64,000 nucleotides of DNA, from positions 32,001 through 96,000 of the forward strand of contig CAWBHS010000038.1 of assembly GCA_963788655.1 (NCBI GenBank), read 5' to 3'. This document shows positions 47,661 through 58,900 of this stretch, piece by piece (position 1 is the stretch's first letter; each line of letters opens with the position of its first letter). The notes under the pieces were generated by a model. That model was given only the letters and a program-made list of their open reading frames with translations. It ran no database searches and had not been told where the DNA came from. The stretch is from an uncultured Verrucomicrobiae bacterium. GTDB taxonomy: Bacteria > Verrucomicrobiota > Verrucomicrobiia > Limisphaerales > JAFGQR01. The position numbers and the translations under genes are program-made.

Positions 47661-48047
47661 AATCGTTGACCATGATTTGGATTTCACTGGGGCCCTGGGC
47701 CACGCGGTGGAGGCGCATTCCCGTCTCATTACCTACAGAAGATTTAACGGGGGGACTCTTACACTAAAACATTCACCTCCTGCCACGGTTTGATGAGCCG
47801 CTCCTGGTGCAGCTTGATCCGAGCAGCATGGCCCAGCCACTTGATAATGGCGGTCCATGCGCGGAATTGGCGCGAAGCCCGCTGACTAACCGGCACGGCA
47901 TCGGTGCCCCCCATTGCTCGCGTGAACGAAGGCGTCTGCGCTCCGTGGCTGGCTTCGAATTATCCTTTCCATCAATCCGGCCGGGGACTAGTGTCCCAAC
48001 ACTTTCTAAAACCAATTCGTGAACATCTAAGTTTAACAGGAGCTGCT

Positions 48048-49280
48048 ATGAAAAATGCAAACCGAACAATGGTGGTAATTTCAAGTTGTGTGTTGCTGAT
48101 GAGCGCCGGCGCCGGCCTCGCCCAGGACTGGCCGCAATGGCGCGGCGCCAATCGGAACGCCGCGGCGCCCGATTTCAAGGCCCCGGCAAATTGGCCTCAA
48201 GAGTTGGCGCAACAATGGAAGGTCGAGGTTGGCCAGGGCGATGCCACGCCGGCTCTGGTGGGTAACAAGCTGTATGTATTCGCGCGGCAGGATGGAAAGG
48301 AAGTCACCCTTTGCCTCAATGCTGAAACCGGCCAGCAGTTGTGGAGCGAAGGCTACGACGCCCAGGGCGCCACCGGTCCGGCTGCGCGGCAGCATTCCGG
48401 CCCGCGGAGTTCACCGGCCGTGGCTGAGGGCAAGGTGGTGACCTTCGGTGTGCGCGGCACCCTTTCCTGCCTGGAGGCCGCCACCGGAAAGAAGCTGTGG
48501 CGCAAGGACGATTTTGCGGACAAATGGCCTCGTTTCTTTACCGCGTCGTCACCGATCATTGTGAACGGCTTGTGCATCGCGCAAGTAGGCGCGGGCAATC
48601 AAGGAGGCATCATCGCCTACGATCTGGCCAGCGGTAACCACGAGTGGGAGTGGACCGAAGACGGCCCGGGCTACGCTTCCCCGGTGCTCCTGACCGTGAA
48701 TGGCACCGCGATGGTTGTCACCTTGACGGAGAAGAAGATCGTGGGCTTGGGGGTGGCCGATGGCAAACTCTTGTGGGATGCGGATTTCACTCCCCAAGGC
48801 CGGGCCTACAACGCCGCGACGCCGATTGTCGAGGGGCAAACGATCATTTACACCGGCGCGGGGCGGGGAACCAAAGCGGTGAAGATTGTGAAAGAGGGCG
48901 ATGCCTTCACCGCCAAAGAACTCTGGAGCAACCCGCAGGAATCCGTCCAATTCAACACCCCGGTGCTGCACGATGGTCGGTTGTACGGTCTCTCCCAAAA
49001 CAACGACATTTTTTGCATCGACGCACAAGACGGCAAGTCGGCTTGGACGTACTCCTTGGGCGGCCGAGGCGGATTTGGCTCGATCGTGAGTGCTGGGTCG
49101 GTGTTGATGGCCCTCACCCCCCAAGCCGAGTTGCTCGTCTTTCAGCCCAGTGACAAGGAATACAAAGAACTGGCCAAATACAAAGTGGCTGATTCGGAAA
49201 CGTATGCCTACCCCGTGCCGTCCGGGAACCGGATCTATGTGAAAGACCAGAACTCTGTCATCCTCTGGCAGGTCAAGTAA
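48048..49280 (+). CDS. secreted PQQ-binding-like beta-propeller protein
   Basis: AQDWPQWRG, GPRSSP and GYASP motifs; RBS AGGAG. Confidence 0.9.
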   Translation: MKNANRTMVVISSCVLLMSAGAGLAQDWPQWRGANRNAAAPDFKAPANWPQELAQQWKVEVGQGDATPALVGNKLYVFARQDGKEVTLCLNAETGQQLWSEGYDAQGATGPAARQHSGPRSSPAVAEGKVVTFGVRGTLSCLEAATGKKLWRKDDFADKWPRFFTASSPIIVNGLCIAQVGAGNQGGIIAYDLASGNHEWEWTEDGPGYASPVLLTVNGTAMVVTLTEKKIVGLGVADGKLLWDADFTPQGRAYNAATPIVEGQTIIYTGAGRGTKAVKIVKEGDAFTAKELWSNPQESVQFNTPVLHDGRLYGLSQNNDIFCIDAQDGKSAWTYSLGGRGGFGSIVSAGSVLMALTPQAELLVFQPSDKEYKELAKYKVADSETYAYPVPSGNRIYVKDQNSVILWQVK

Positions 49281-49477
49281 ACCCGCCGCTTCAAGGCGGC
49301 TCTCCGTGAGTAATTGAACGGCGTCTTGTTTGTCTCGGGTCGTTTCTGACAAACGGGGCGTGTTTGTGCGAGTGGAAGGACGCTAATTGCGGTAATCGGT
49401 CAGACAATAGCCATTGACTTTGGTCGCTGATTTCCGGCAAGGAATGCGCGCAAATACTGATCACCTGATCCGCAACC

Positions 49478-50134
49478 ATGAACACGCAACGCCTTTCATT
49501 CATTCTGCTGAACACCGTTTTCTTATCCGCCACGCTTTTGCTGGCGGCCGATCCCGGGCTTAAACCGGTTTCGCTGCCAACGCCCCATCAAACTGGAGGC
49601 AAGCCGTTGATGCAGTCCTTGCAGGAACGCCAATCCCTCCGCGAGTTCAGCACCAACGCCTTGCCACCGCAAGTGCTGTCGGATTTGCTCTGGGCCGGAT
49701 TTGGCATCAATCGGCCGGCGATCGACCATCGCACCGCGCCCTCGGCGATGAATTCGCAGGAGGTTGATTTGTACGTGGCCACGGCCGACGGCGTTTATGT
49801 TTACGACGCCAAAGCCCACCGGTTGATGCCCGTCGTGTCCGGTGATTTTCGTTCTCAGACGGGCGGGCAGGCTTTTGTGAAAGACGCGCCAGTGACAATA
49901 CTTTTTGTGGCCGACCTGACGCGGTTGGCCAAAGCTCGTCCGGAAGACAAGGCCGCCTACGCTGCCATCGACACCGGTTGTATTGTCCAGAACGTTTACC
50001 TCTTCTGCGCCTCGGAAGGTCTGGCGACGGTGGTGCATGAACTCAACCGCGGCCCTTTGCCCAAAACGTTGAAGTTGCGGCCCGATCAGAAAATCATCAT
50101 CGCCCAATCGGTGGGCTATCCCAAACCAGATTGA
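49478..50134 (+). CDS. nitroreductase/SagB-like FMN-binding protein with signal peptide
   Basis: RQSLREF, LLWAGFG, RTAPSAMN and QNVYLFCASEGL motifs. Confidence 0.88.
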   Translation: MNTQRLSFILLNTVFLSATLLLAADPGLKPVSLPTPHQTGGKPLMQSLQERQSLREFSTNALPPQVLSDLLWAGFGINRPAIDHRTAPSAMNSQEVDLYVATADGVYVYDAKAHRLMPVVSGDFRSQTGGQAFVKDAPVTILFVADLTRLAKARPEDKAAYAAIDTGCIVQNVYLFCASEGLATVVHELNRGPLPKTLKLRPDQKIIIAQSVGYPKPD

Positions 50135-50357
50135 GCCGCAACGATTCACTTGGGACGGGGAGCGCGCCCGCCCCGGGCGCCGTGGTTGGCGCCTCGCCAA
50201 CCACTTGCGAATTACCGAGGGGCTCACGATTCATTGACTTCGCAGTCTCCGGGCCAACCAGCGAGAGCACTGGTTTGAAATTGATCCGAACGGGGGAACG
50301 TTAGCCGCGGTCCGACTCAGAGAATCCGAAGGTTGAAAAGCGGTTGTGCCATCCCCA

Positions 50358-51821
50358 TTACGCGGCCAGCGGACGCGCGTGAGTGGACGGTTGTTCCGCG
50401 GTTGCGTTGCCCTCGTCGGCTGCTTCGCGGGTACGGTGATGGTGCCGGCGAATTACCAGCCAGGCTGGCGCCCCCCAAAGCATTCCGATTAGGACCGCAA
50501 CGTAAAGTTGGATGGAGGCCACTTGCAGCGGAAAATCCACCAGCGCGTGCAACAGAACCCCCGCGATTGCAGTCACCATGCCGAAGTGCAACGCGCGTTT
50601 CCGCAAGCTCAAGTCCTCGCGCAGCTTGTGGAACTGTCGCCATGAGGTGATGACTCCGCCCAGCAACACCACCGCCCACGCCAGGCCGCCGAGATAGCCC
50701 CATTCAATCAGCGTTTGCAGGTAATCTTCGTGCGCGTAAAACCAGACGCCGGCCAGCGTGTCGCCCAGGTAATTCGTGTAATAGGGGAACATCGTGGAAA
50801 AGGTCCCGGGACCGAAGCCCCACCAACCGGCTTCCGGCAACATGCGCCAACAGACGCCGGCCGCGAGCCAGCGCGGATTGTCGGCGGTGATCAGCTCCGT
50901 AAAATGGCTCCAACGCCGCAGGCTGTTTTCGAGACCGGCGAAGAAGGCGACCCCCATGGTTAGCAAGACCAACAAGCCCAGCGTCACCACCGCCGCGCCT
51001 GGACTGATGCCTTCGATCCGTTCCCGCCACACTTGTTTTACCAGCCACACCGACCAGACTCCGAGCAAGGCCACCGCCAGCATGGCGGAGGCGCGCGAGG
51101 TGTTCACAAACAAGCCGGCCAAACACAAGATGCCGGCGGCGCCCCAGAGATATTTCCGTCGTGTCTGGCCCACCGTTTCAAACGTCCCCACCAGCAGGCC
51201 GGCGATCAATGGCCAGATCAGATTGAGGTACGCGCCGGCGTTCGCATGATAACGGTAGGTGGCAAAAAACGTTTTCCCTAAATTGGCCTTCAACCAGAAG
51301 ATGGACGATGCGTCCGTGAACCGTTGGGCCAGTCCCAGGATTACCAACGAGACGCCCGTGCCGGCCATGGTCCACAGCAGGCGCCGGCGCCATTCGGACC
51401 GGCGCACCAGGTCGCACGTGAAGCAGAGGATTCCCAGCAGCAATCCCGCCTGGATGACGGCGGGAAGGGAAAACGCTTGGTGGTAGGAACCCGGCGCCGC
51501 ATCGACAAGCGGTGCCAGACCGAAGCGTTGGGCGTAATCGAATCCCAAAACCGTTTGGGGCGCCGGCGCATAATCGAACTTGGCGTTGAGAATCATCCAA
51601 GCCCCCTGGGCCAGCAGCCAGACCGCAGTTCCCACCAGCAGCCGGGGCACGGCGGGCCACGAGCGCCGCAGGAGACAAGTCACGAGCCAGGCGGCGAGGA
51701 TGACCGCCAGCAACAGGTTCAGAACTTCAACCGCCCACGGACGCGTTGAGCCATAGGCCCACGGAGCAAACACCAGGGCCAACAACAGCAGCCATCGAGG
51801 AACACTGTTCACGCAAGTCAT
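50358..51821 (-). CDS. O-antigen ligase/polymerase (Wzy_C) family membrane protein
   Basis: Many TMs; SRA, GFGPGTF, AHEDYLQ and HALVDFPL motifs. Confidence 0.88.
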   Translation of the reverse strand: MTCVNSVPRWLLLLALVFAPWAYGSTRPWAVEVLNLLLAVILAAWLVTCLLRRSWPAVPRLLVGTAVWLLAQGAWMILNAKFDYAPAPQTVLGFDYAQRFGLAPLVDAAPGSYHQAFSLPAVIQAGLLLGILCFTCDLVRRSEWRRRLLWTMAGTGVSLVILGLAQRFTDASSIFWLKANLGKTFFATYRYHANAGAYLNLIWPLIAGLLVGTFETVGQTRRKYLWGAAGILCLAGLFVNTSRASAMLAVALLGVWSVWLVKQVWRERIEGISPGAAVVTLGLLVLLTMGVAFFAGLENSLRRWSHFTELITADNPRWLAAGVCWRMLPEAGWWGFGPGTFSTMFPYYTNYLGDTLAGVWFYAHEDYLQTLIEWGYLGGLAWAVVLLGGVITSWRQFHKLREDLSLRKRALHFGMVTAIAGVLLHALVDFPLQVASIQLYVAVLIGMLWGAPAWLVIRRHHHRTREAADEGNATAEQPSTHARPLAA

Positions 51822-51851
51822 CCATGACGCGGCAGGCCACCGGAACGGCGA

Positions 51852-53999
51852 TCAGGCCGCCGCTTTCTTTTTCTCGCCGTAGTATTTACCGTGGTAGGAA
51901 TAATCGTAGTACGAATCGTAGTAACCGTAACCCATGCTGCGCCGCCGGGGCATCATGTTCAAAATGACGCCGGCCAACGGGGCACCCGCTTCCTTGAGAA
52001 TTTGCACGGCCCGGCGCACGGAATTGCGCGGAGTCTTGCGCGTTCGCACAACGAGACACAGGGTCTGAATACGATTTAAAATCAGCAGCGTGTCACTGAC
52101 GGCGTGCAGCGGCGGCGAATCCACAATCACCCGGTCAAATTGCAGCAGCGCTTCATCGATGAGGCCGTCGATGCCGTTCTTCGCCAGCAACTCCGCCGGA
52201 TTAGGGGTGTCGGTGCCGGCCGGGATGTAGAAGAAATTGTCGATGTCGGTGGCGTGAACCACTTCGGCAAATTCCTTTTGGGCCGTGAGGTAATCCGTCA
52301 TACCGAAATTGCGCTTGTTATTGGCCAGCAGCGTCTTTTCGACCATGGGCCGGCGCAAGTCGCAATCGATGATCAACGTGCGCAGTCCCTGCTGGGCCAG
52401 GCTGATGCTGTAATTGATTGAGCAAAAGGTTTTGCCTTCCGCCGGCACGGCACTGGTGAAGAGGAAGGTGCGTCGGTCTTCCTTGCGTCCAAGCATGGAC
52501 AGGGCGGTGCGCAACGTCCGGAACGATTCGGCCTCGCTCGATTGAGCGTCATCGGCATTGATCAGTTTGCGCTGATTTGCCACCACCCCGGAGAACCGGG
52601 GGATCGTGCTCAAGACCGACAGGTTGAGATACTCTTCGGTTTGATCGACGGTCTTCAGGGTCAAATCCAGGAAGTTCAGCAACAGGGCCAGCATGATGCC
52701 GGTCGCCAGGCCGCCGAACAATCCCAGGATGGCGATCTTGATTTTTTGCGGCTTGATCGGCCGCTCGGGGACGACGGCCGGTTGCACGACGCGAACCCGG
52801 TTGGGTTTGATGTTCTTGGCGATCGACGTTTCCTTGATTCGGTTCAGCACCGATTGGTAGAGCGCCTTGTTGGACTCGACTTCGCGTTCGAGCACTCGGT
52901 AACGAATGGCCTTTTTATTGAGCGCCAGCGCGGCGGTTTCCTGCACGCGACGTTCTTTTTCCAGGGCGTGCTCGGCCAGTTTGGCGCTTTCGTAGGTGGC
53001 CCGCACCGAGTCGGCGACACTCAGCACGGCATTGGTCAGTGCTTCGCGGCGGGACTGAAGCTGGCTGACGGCCTGGATATACTTGGGATGTTTCGCGCGA
53101 TAGCGTTGGCTCAGGTTGGCAAACTCCGATTCCAAACGGCCAATATCCTTGCGGATGTCCGCCACGTTCTGGTCATTGGCGACGACGGCGACGCCGAGCA
53201 GGGCGTCCACGGAATTGGTGTATTGCTGAATCTGCTCGTAGGCCGCTTCGGACACGATCCGCTGCGACTTGGCGTCGGTGGCTTTGAGGCTGAGGTCTTT
53301 CAGGCTCTGCACCACCACGTTCTGCCGGTCTTCCAGTGACACGGACTGCATTTCCTCTTTGTAGCCTTGCAATGCCATTTCCGCGGCTTCGAGCTTGTCC
53401 TTCAAATCCCGGGCTTCACCCAGCAGAAAGTCGTTCGCGATCTGTGAGGCGAAGGAGTTTTGTTCGTTGTTTTGCTGCAGGTACTGTTCGACCAGCGAGC
53501 GACCCACCACTTCGGTGATTTCGGGGTCCGTGTGTTCGACTTTGATGTCAATCAGTCGCGTGCCTTTGCGGAGCTTGACATCGACCATCGTCGCCAGTTT
53601 GGAAACCAGTCCCTCATGGCTGACGGTCTGACCGGGCTCCGGTTTGAAGAAACGAGGATTCTTGGCGAGGTTGTTACTTCGCAACACGCGATCCAACAAG
53701 GCGCGGCTTTGCAGCGTTTGTTCCACGGTGCGCAGAAACTCCTGGCTCTGCAGGTCCTCGGATTGCACCTGTTGAATGTTGATGACCTTTTGCTCCTCCT
53801 GCTCCACTTGGAGCACCACTTTGGAGGAGTAAATTCTCGGCGCGCGGTACAAGTATGCGGCGGTGAGAATACCGAAGGTCAGTAAGCACAGGCCGATGAG
53901 CCAGCTCTTTTCGCGCAAGGTGCAATACAGCGCGCGGAAATCGACATTGTTGGCATTGGCAGCATCCACGCTGCCGCGATGGGGGGCATTGGCGGGCAT
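51852..53999 (-). CDS. wzc: polysaccharide co-polymerase / tyrosine autokinase
   Basis: Two TMs, coiled coil, ESFRTLRT, Walker A PAEGKT, DCDLRRP, Tyr-rich C-terminal tail. Confidence 0.93.
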   Translation of the reverse strand: MPANAPHRGSVDAANANNVDFRALYCTLREKSWLIGLCLLTFGILTAAYLYRAPRIYSSKVVLQVEQEEQKVINIQQVQSEDLQSQEFLRTVEQTLQSRALLDRVLRSNNLAKNPRFFKPEPGQTVSHEGLVSKLATMVDVKLRKGTRLIDIKVEHTDPEITEVVGRSLVEQYLQQNNEQNSFASQIANDFLLGEARDLKDKLEAAEMALQGYKEEMQSVSLEDRQNVVVQSLKDLSLKATDAKSQRIVSEAAYEQIQQYTNSVDALLGVAVVANDQNVADIRKDIGRLESEFANLSQRYRAKHPKYIQAVSQLQSRREALTNAVLSVADSVRATYESAKLAEHALEKERRVQETAALALNKKAIRYRVLEREVESNKALYQSVLNRIKETSIAKNIKPNRVRVVQPAVVPERPIKPQKIKIAILGLFGGLATGIMLALLLNFLDLTLKTVDQTEEYLNLSVLSTIPRFSGVVANQRKLINADDAQSSEAESFRTLRTALSMLGRKEDRRTFLFTSAVPAEGKTFCSINYSISLAQQGLRTLIIDCDLRRPMVEKTLLANNKRNFGMTDYLTAQKEFAEVVHATDIDNFFYIPAGTDTPNPAELLAKNGIDGLIDEALLQFDRVIVDSPPLHAVSDTLLILNRIQTLCLVVRTRKTPRNSVRRAVQILKEAGAPLAGVILNMMPRRRSMGYGYYDSYYDYSYHGKYYGEKKKAAA

Positions 54000-54002
54000 A
54001 GG

Positions 54003-54629
54003 TTAAAAAATCCTTTCGTCAACCGTGATCGTGTCATCGGGCTGGATCTCAAACGACTGGGTCCTGGCTTTGGCCAGAGCTTTGCCATCGGCGTTGATAC
54101 TGATCTTCCGTCCGCCGAAGGAGCGGGTAATCGTAATCCGGCCGGGATTGGCCAACCGGGTATAGCCGCCAGCCATGGCGATCGCCTCAAGCAGGGTGAT
54201 CGATTCCTCGTTGGGAATTTCGTAGGATCCCGGTTTTTGAACCTGGCCCAGCACGGTAAACCGCCGTTTGACGTATTCCACCACCGTGAGTGAGATTTGC
54301 GGATTGACCAGATAATCCTTGTCCAGCAAATCCCGGATCAATTTGGCAGCCTGGTCCACTGTCTTGCCGCCGATCTTCACGCCCCCGATCAGGGGAAACG
54401 TCGCGGTGCCGTCCCGGGAAATCCGCATCCGGGTTTCCATGTCGTCCTCCTGAAAGACTTTCAGCAGAACCACATCATTGGGGGACAGGATGTAACTTTG
54501 TGCTGGGGAAGACGCCGGGGTCGTTGGCGGCGCGGCCGGCGCGTCAGCCGCCAACGTGTGGCCCGCACCGAGCCCCACGACGGCCAGCGTTAAACAGAAA
54601 ATGGGATATATCCTTATAGTGACTTTCAT
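54003..54629 (-). CDS. wza: polysaccharide export protein (short OPX: PES + SLBB)
   Basis: DGTATFPLIG, VLGQVQKPGSY and LLEAIAMAGG motifs. Confidence 0.88.
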   Translation of the reverse strand: MKVTIRIYPIFCLTLAVVGLGAGHTLAADAPAAPPTTPASSPAQSYILSPNDVVLLKVFQEDDMETRMRISRDGTATFPLIGGVKIGGKTVDQAAKLIRDLLDKDYLVNPQISLTVVEYVKRRFTVLGQVQKPGSYEIPNEESITLLEAIAMAGGYTRLANPGRITITRSFGGRKISINADGKALAKARTQSFEIQPDDTITVDERIF

Positions 54630-54852
54630 GATCGATCCTTCGGGAACAGCCTGCACTCATTTTGCTTTTGCCTTGAACGGTTCGCGAACCGACTTCCCGG
54701 GCCACGCCCGGCAGGTTTTTTTGGGCAACTCATCTACCGGGCGGCGGCCGCAACCGGAGGAGCCCAGTCGAAGGTTGGGATAACCTCGTTCCATCCTGCG
54801 CTCGCCGTCCATGCCGCTGCCACTGTGTTGGTTCGCAACCGTTTGCTGACGG

Positions 54853-55401
54853 TTAGTTCGGGGAAATGACGTTACCGGCAATATTGGCCGGATTAGGCTC
54901 CGTACGGAATGGTGTTGGCAGCGTATAGACCTGGCTGGGCAGGGTGGGATTGCTGCGCTTCGCCGCGCTTTTCCCAGTCGAAGACGGCGCTCCCGCCACG
55001 GCGATCTTGTCGGTCTGGGGAAGAATATCGAGGCCAACGATCTCAAAATTGCCGGCCACATTGCGGCGGGCGATCAGGCTGATGGTTTGTCCGGGAGCCA
55101 GGGCGGTCAGCGGAACCTCTTCACCGTTGACGCGCACGGTAATCTGCCGGCTGATTTTGAACACAAACACCCGGCCCTTGATTTCCACGGTGATGGCCTT
55201 TTTGACCTTGTCCATGGCCACCACTTTGCCCGTCAGCGCGGACGAAGCGGGCTGCGCGGCGGTCGTTGGCGTTGGACGGGCCGGCGGCGGGACCGGGGCG
55301 GGTTGCGGGGCAGGCTCGGCCGCGGTCAGGAGGCTTGCCCCGAGGGCCAGACTGCTCGTCAGACTGCACAAGAGTAGTTTGCGTAACGATTTCATTTTCA
55401 T
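54853..55401 (-). CDS. secreted hypothetical protein with Pro-rich linker and small beta-barrel-like domain
   Basis: Signal peptide; TGKVVAMD..ITV..LAPGQTI. Confidence 0.7.
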   Translation of the reverse strand: MKMKSLRKLLLCSLTSSLALGASLLTAAEPAPQPAPVPPPARPTPTTAAQPASSALTGKVVAMDKVKKAITVEIKGRVFVFKISRQITVRVNGEEVPLTALAPGQTISLIARRNVAGNFEIVGLDILPQTDKIAVAGAPSSTGKSAAKRSNPTLPSQVYTLPTPFRTEPNPANIAGNVISPN

Positions 55402-55977
55402 TATGGCTTTGGTTCAGCGGATGGGCCGGGGCCACCCGACGTTCAGCCGATTGATCCAGTTCAATTTCATCAAGTTGATCGCGTCACCCATGCTCACCAG
55501 CCGACCCAGCGAGCGGGTGTCCCGACATAATGAGGCTTGTAAAGCAAGCTGCGGGCCGAACCTGTTTTCTTGGCAGCGGTTTTTGACCAAAAGAAAGAAG
55601 CCCCTTCCTCGATATTGGCGTTGCCGGTAATTATGAGGGCAATCGACCGAGGCAAAAACCAATAATCCACTGCGGAACGTCAGTTCCCAAGTCGTCGTTG
55701 TTCGTTGCCGCACTGTCTTGGATGAAGGCATTTTTTTCCACCGTCGCCCATGAGCGTGGAGGCTGCCAATTCATGGGGCAAAACCTCGTTGAATACAAAG
55801 TCATGATGCGCGGCCATGCTGGCCAACGCAGCCGGAATGAGCCGGCGGAGCGAGTATGATTCCCGTATTCCTGGTGTTTGGTTTTCAGTTCCGCAGTAAC
55901 GCCGCCGCTATCGCGCCCCCAACAAATTTTGGTTCGGGGGCGACATCGCCGCTCGTCGCCGTTAAACTGCCTTTCTG

Positions 55978-58900
55978 ATGACCAACAGGCGTTCAAGAAA
56001 ACGAAAGGTTGTGTGGACTCTAGCAGTCCTGCTGCTGCTTTTCGTGGCGGTTCTGGCGCTGTTGCCGGTTTGGTTTCCCTGGGTGGCGCGGCCCCTGGCC
56101 CGGCGAGCGGGCGTCGTTTGGAAGTCCTACGAAGCGCAGGGATACACGCGCGCACTTGTCCACGGCGTCGAAGGTCAATTCGGCAGCGTGAGGATTGCCG
56201 CCGACGACCTGCAGTTGTTCCTGCCGAACCGCTGGCTGTGGCGCCATTTTTTCGGTGGCCAGGAAACCGCTCCGTACGTGGCCGCGGCCAATTGGCGATT
56301 GGCAGTTGTTCCCCGCAAGCATCGAACCAGCTCCCGCACCAATTCGGTGGGCGCCATTCTGGATCAGATCAGTCACCTGGCACCGACGCTGCGCCGTTGG
56401 CTCCCGGAAGCCCGGCTGACGAATGGCATCGTGTTGCTCCCGGGGCAAACCCTGCTGGTGCCGCAGGCATCCTTGCGGGACGGTCGATTGACGATTACGG
56501 CGACCGCCACCAATTACCACCAAACGCTGATGCTTCACGGCGACCTGACTGATCCGAACCAATTAGGGCTGACCGTCGAGCTCGAGCCCCTGGGAGTGAA
56601 TGCTGATCTTCGGCTGCGCAGTTCCGCTGCACAGTGGGCTCTCGATGGCGACGCAACGTGGCACCGCAATCGCGTCGAGCTGACGGCGCAGTTTGGTCAC
56701 GACGGCCTGTTGCCGGAAGTGGCCAACGTGCAGGCCGACCGTATCCGCCTGCCGGCAGAACTGGTTAAGCTTGAGGGGTATCAAGATCTCACTGGATCGT
56801 TCGCCGTGAATTGGGCTACCAATCATTATACCTTTTCGATTCAAGCCAACGCGGCTCCGAAAGTAACCAACGCGCTGGCTGCTCCACCCGTCGCGCTTTC
56901 GATTCGGGGCCACGGCAACACTAATGCGGTGACGATGGAACAGTTCAAGGTCACCACCCCGTTTGGCGAGGCTGAACTGGCTTCCGCGACCGGCCTGAAC
57001 GTTCCCCGCGGCGGCTTAACCCAGCCAGCGGAACTGAAGCTGACGCTCGATCTCGGCGCCCTAGAGCTGACCAATTTCACCGGTCACATCACCGGCCTGG
57101 TGCGGCTGGAGCCCCACGGCACGAATCTGCCCCTGGCCCGCTTCAACGTCACCGGAAGCGATCTGACCGCGGCCAAATTTTCCGCGCAACAAATGGCGGT
57201 GGTGGGGCGGCTTAGCTGGCCGCTGCTAGTGCTGGAACAGGGCGAGATTCAGTTCGATACGAATTCAGTTCTTTCCACCACCGCCCAATTGGATCTGAAG
57301 ACGCGCACTGTGACCAAGGGTCAGTGGCGCTTTGCCGGGGGCTATTTGCGCCGGTTTTTGCCGACCAACCTCGCTTACTCAACGTTGCAGGCAACCGGAC
57401 AATTCAGCGGCCTCCTCACCCAGCCGGCCCATTCCGGCGCAGTAACCATAACCGGCCTGACTATACCCGTCGTGCAACCCGGTGATCTGCACCTGAACTG
57501 GCGCGGCGAATACCTCGACTTGGAACAAGCCGAGGTTGTGCTCCAAGCGAATACCAACCGGTTACGCGCCGGTGGGGCCATTCGCGTGAGTTTGACGAAC
57601 CAAGTTCGGATCGACCTCGCGTTAAAGACGCTCGATTGGCAGCAGGGTGAAGAGACGATTTACCACTTGGATCATCCGGCCTCGTTCTTGGTCCGGCAGA
57701 ACCCGCAATCGCCAACTGAGTCGGCCTGGGACATTCAGGTGGACGATTTGCAGTGGTTGGGCACCGGCAGGGAAATCACCCTGTCGGCGCAAACTGAATG
57801 GCCTTCGCGGGGAAACATCAGTGCCCTGATTGAGCAATTGGACCCAGATCGTTTCGCGGGTTTGCTGCAAGTTCCGTTGACGCACTCGCTCGTTGAATCG
57901 CTGGCTTTGAAAGCCAATTGGGATTCCGGCCCCATGAACCTTGAGCTGAATCTGACGGGCCGGGTGCCAGGCCCGGAAACCTCGCCGGTGGACGTTGTCG
58001 CCCGCCTTCAGTGCGACGCCAACGGATTGAACGTGCAAACCCTCCGGCTCAAAGCCGACTCCATTCCGACCTTTTCCGTGACCGGTCGGATACCCTTGCT
58101 CATCACGCCCGCCCGCCCCGAGCAATTGATCCGGTTCAGCCAGGAAATCCCGTTTGACCTCCAGGCGCGGACAGCCCCGACGGCGAATCTATCCCGCACG
58201 TTGAACGAGCTGGGCAAATTCACGTTGGTCCGGCCGAAGCTGGAGCTGGACCTGACCGGCAATGCCACTGACCTCAAAGGCGCCTTGCACCTCCAACTGG
58301 CCCGGGCGACCTGGACCCGACCCACCAACGCGGTGCCGGTTCCGCCGCTCGAACAAGTGAAACTCGACGCCCGGCTGGAACCAGACCGTCTCGAGTTGAG
58401 TCTTCTTTCGTTGCGCCTGCAAGGGCAGGAAGTGACGGCCTCCGGCGAATGGCCCTTGGGCGCCGGCGGTTGGGCGGAGTGCTTGAATCAGAAGAAGCTG
58501 CCGGACTGGAAACAGGCGCAAGGCCGATTGAAGATCGCCAATGCGGACCTGGGGCCGCTCACGGAACTGTTCACGGGCAAACTGATTTCCCAGGGCCAAT
58601 TGCAGGTCGAGGTGGCGCTGGAAACCGGCGGCCTGATTACCGGCCAGGTGCGGATCACCAATGCCGTGACGGCGCCCCTGCCAACGCTGGGCCCCGTGCG
58701 CCAACTCGATGCCACCGTAACGCTCAGCAACCGCACCGCCACCTTGGAAAGTCTGACCGGTCAGATTGCCGGCACGCCGATCTCGGTCAGTGGTCAGGTC
58801 GATCTGGCGAATTTTCAGCAACCGAAGTTCTCGGGTTCCCTGCGCGCCACCAATCTGCCAGTCGTGCGCAAACCGGGTATCATCCTCCGCACCGACCTGG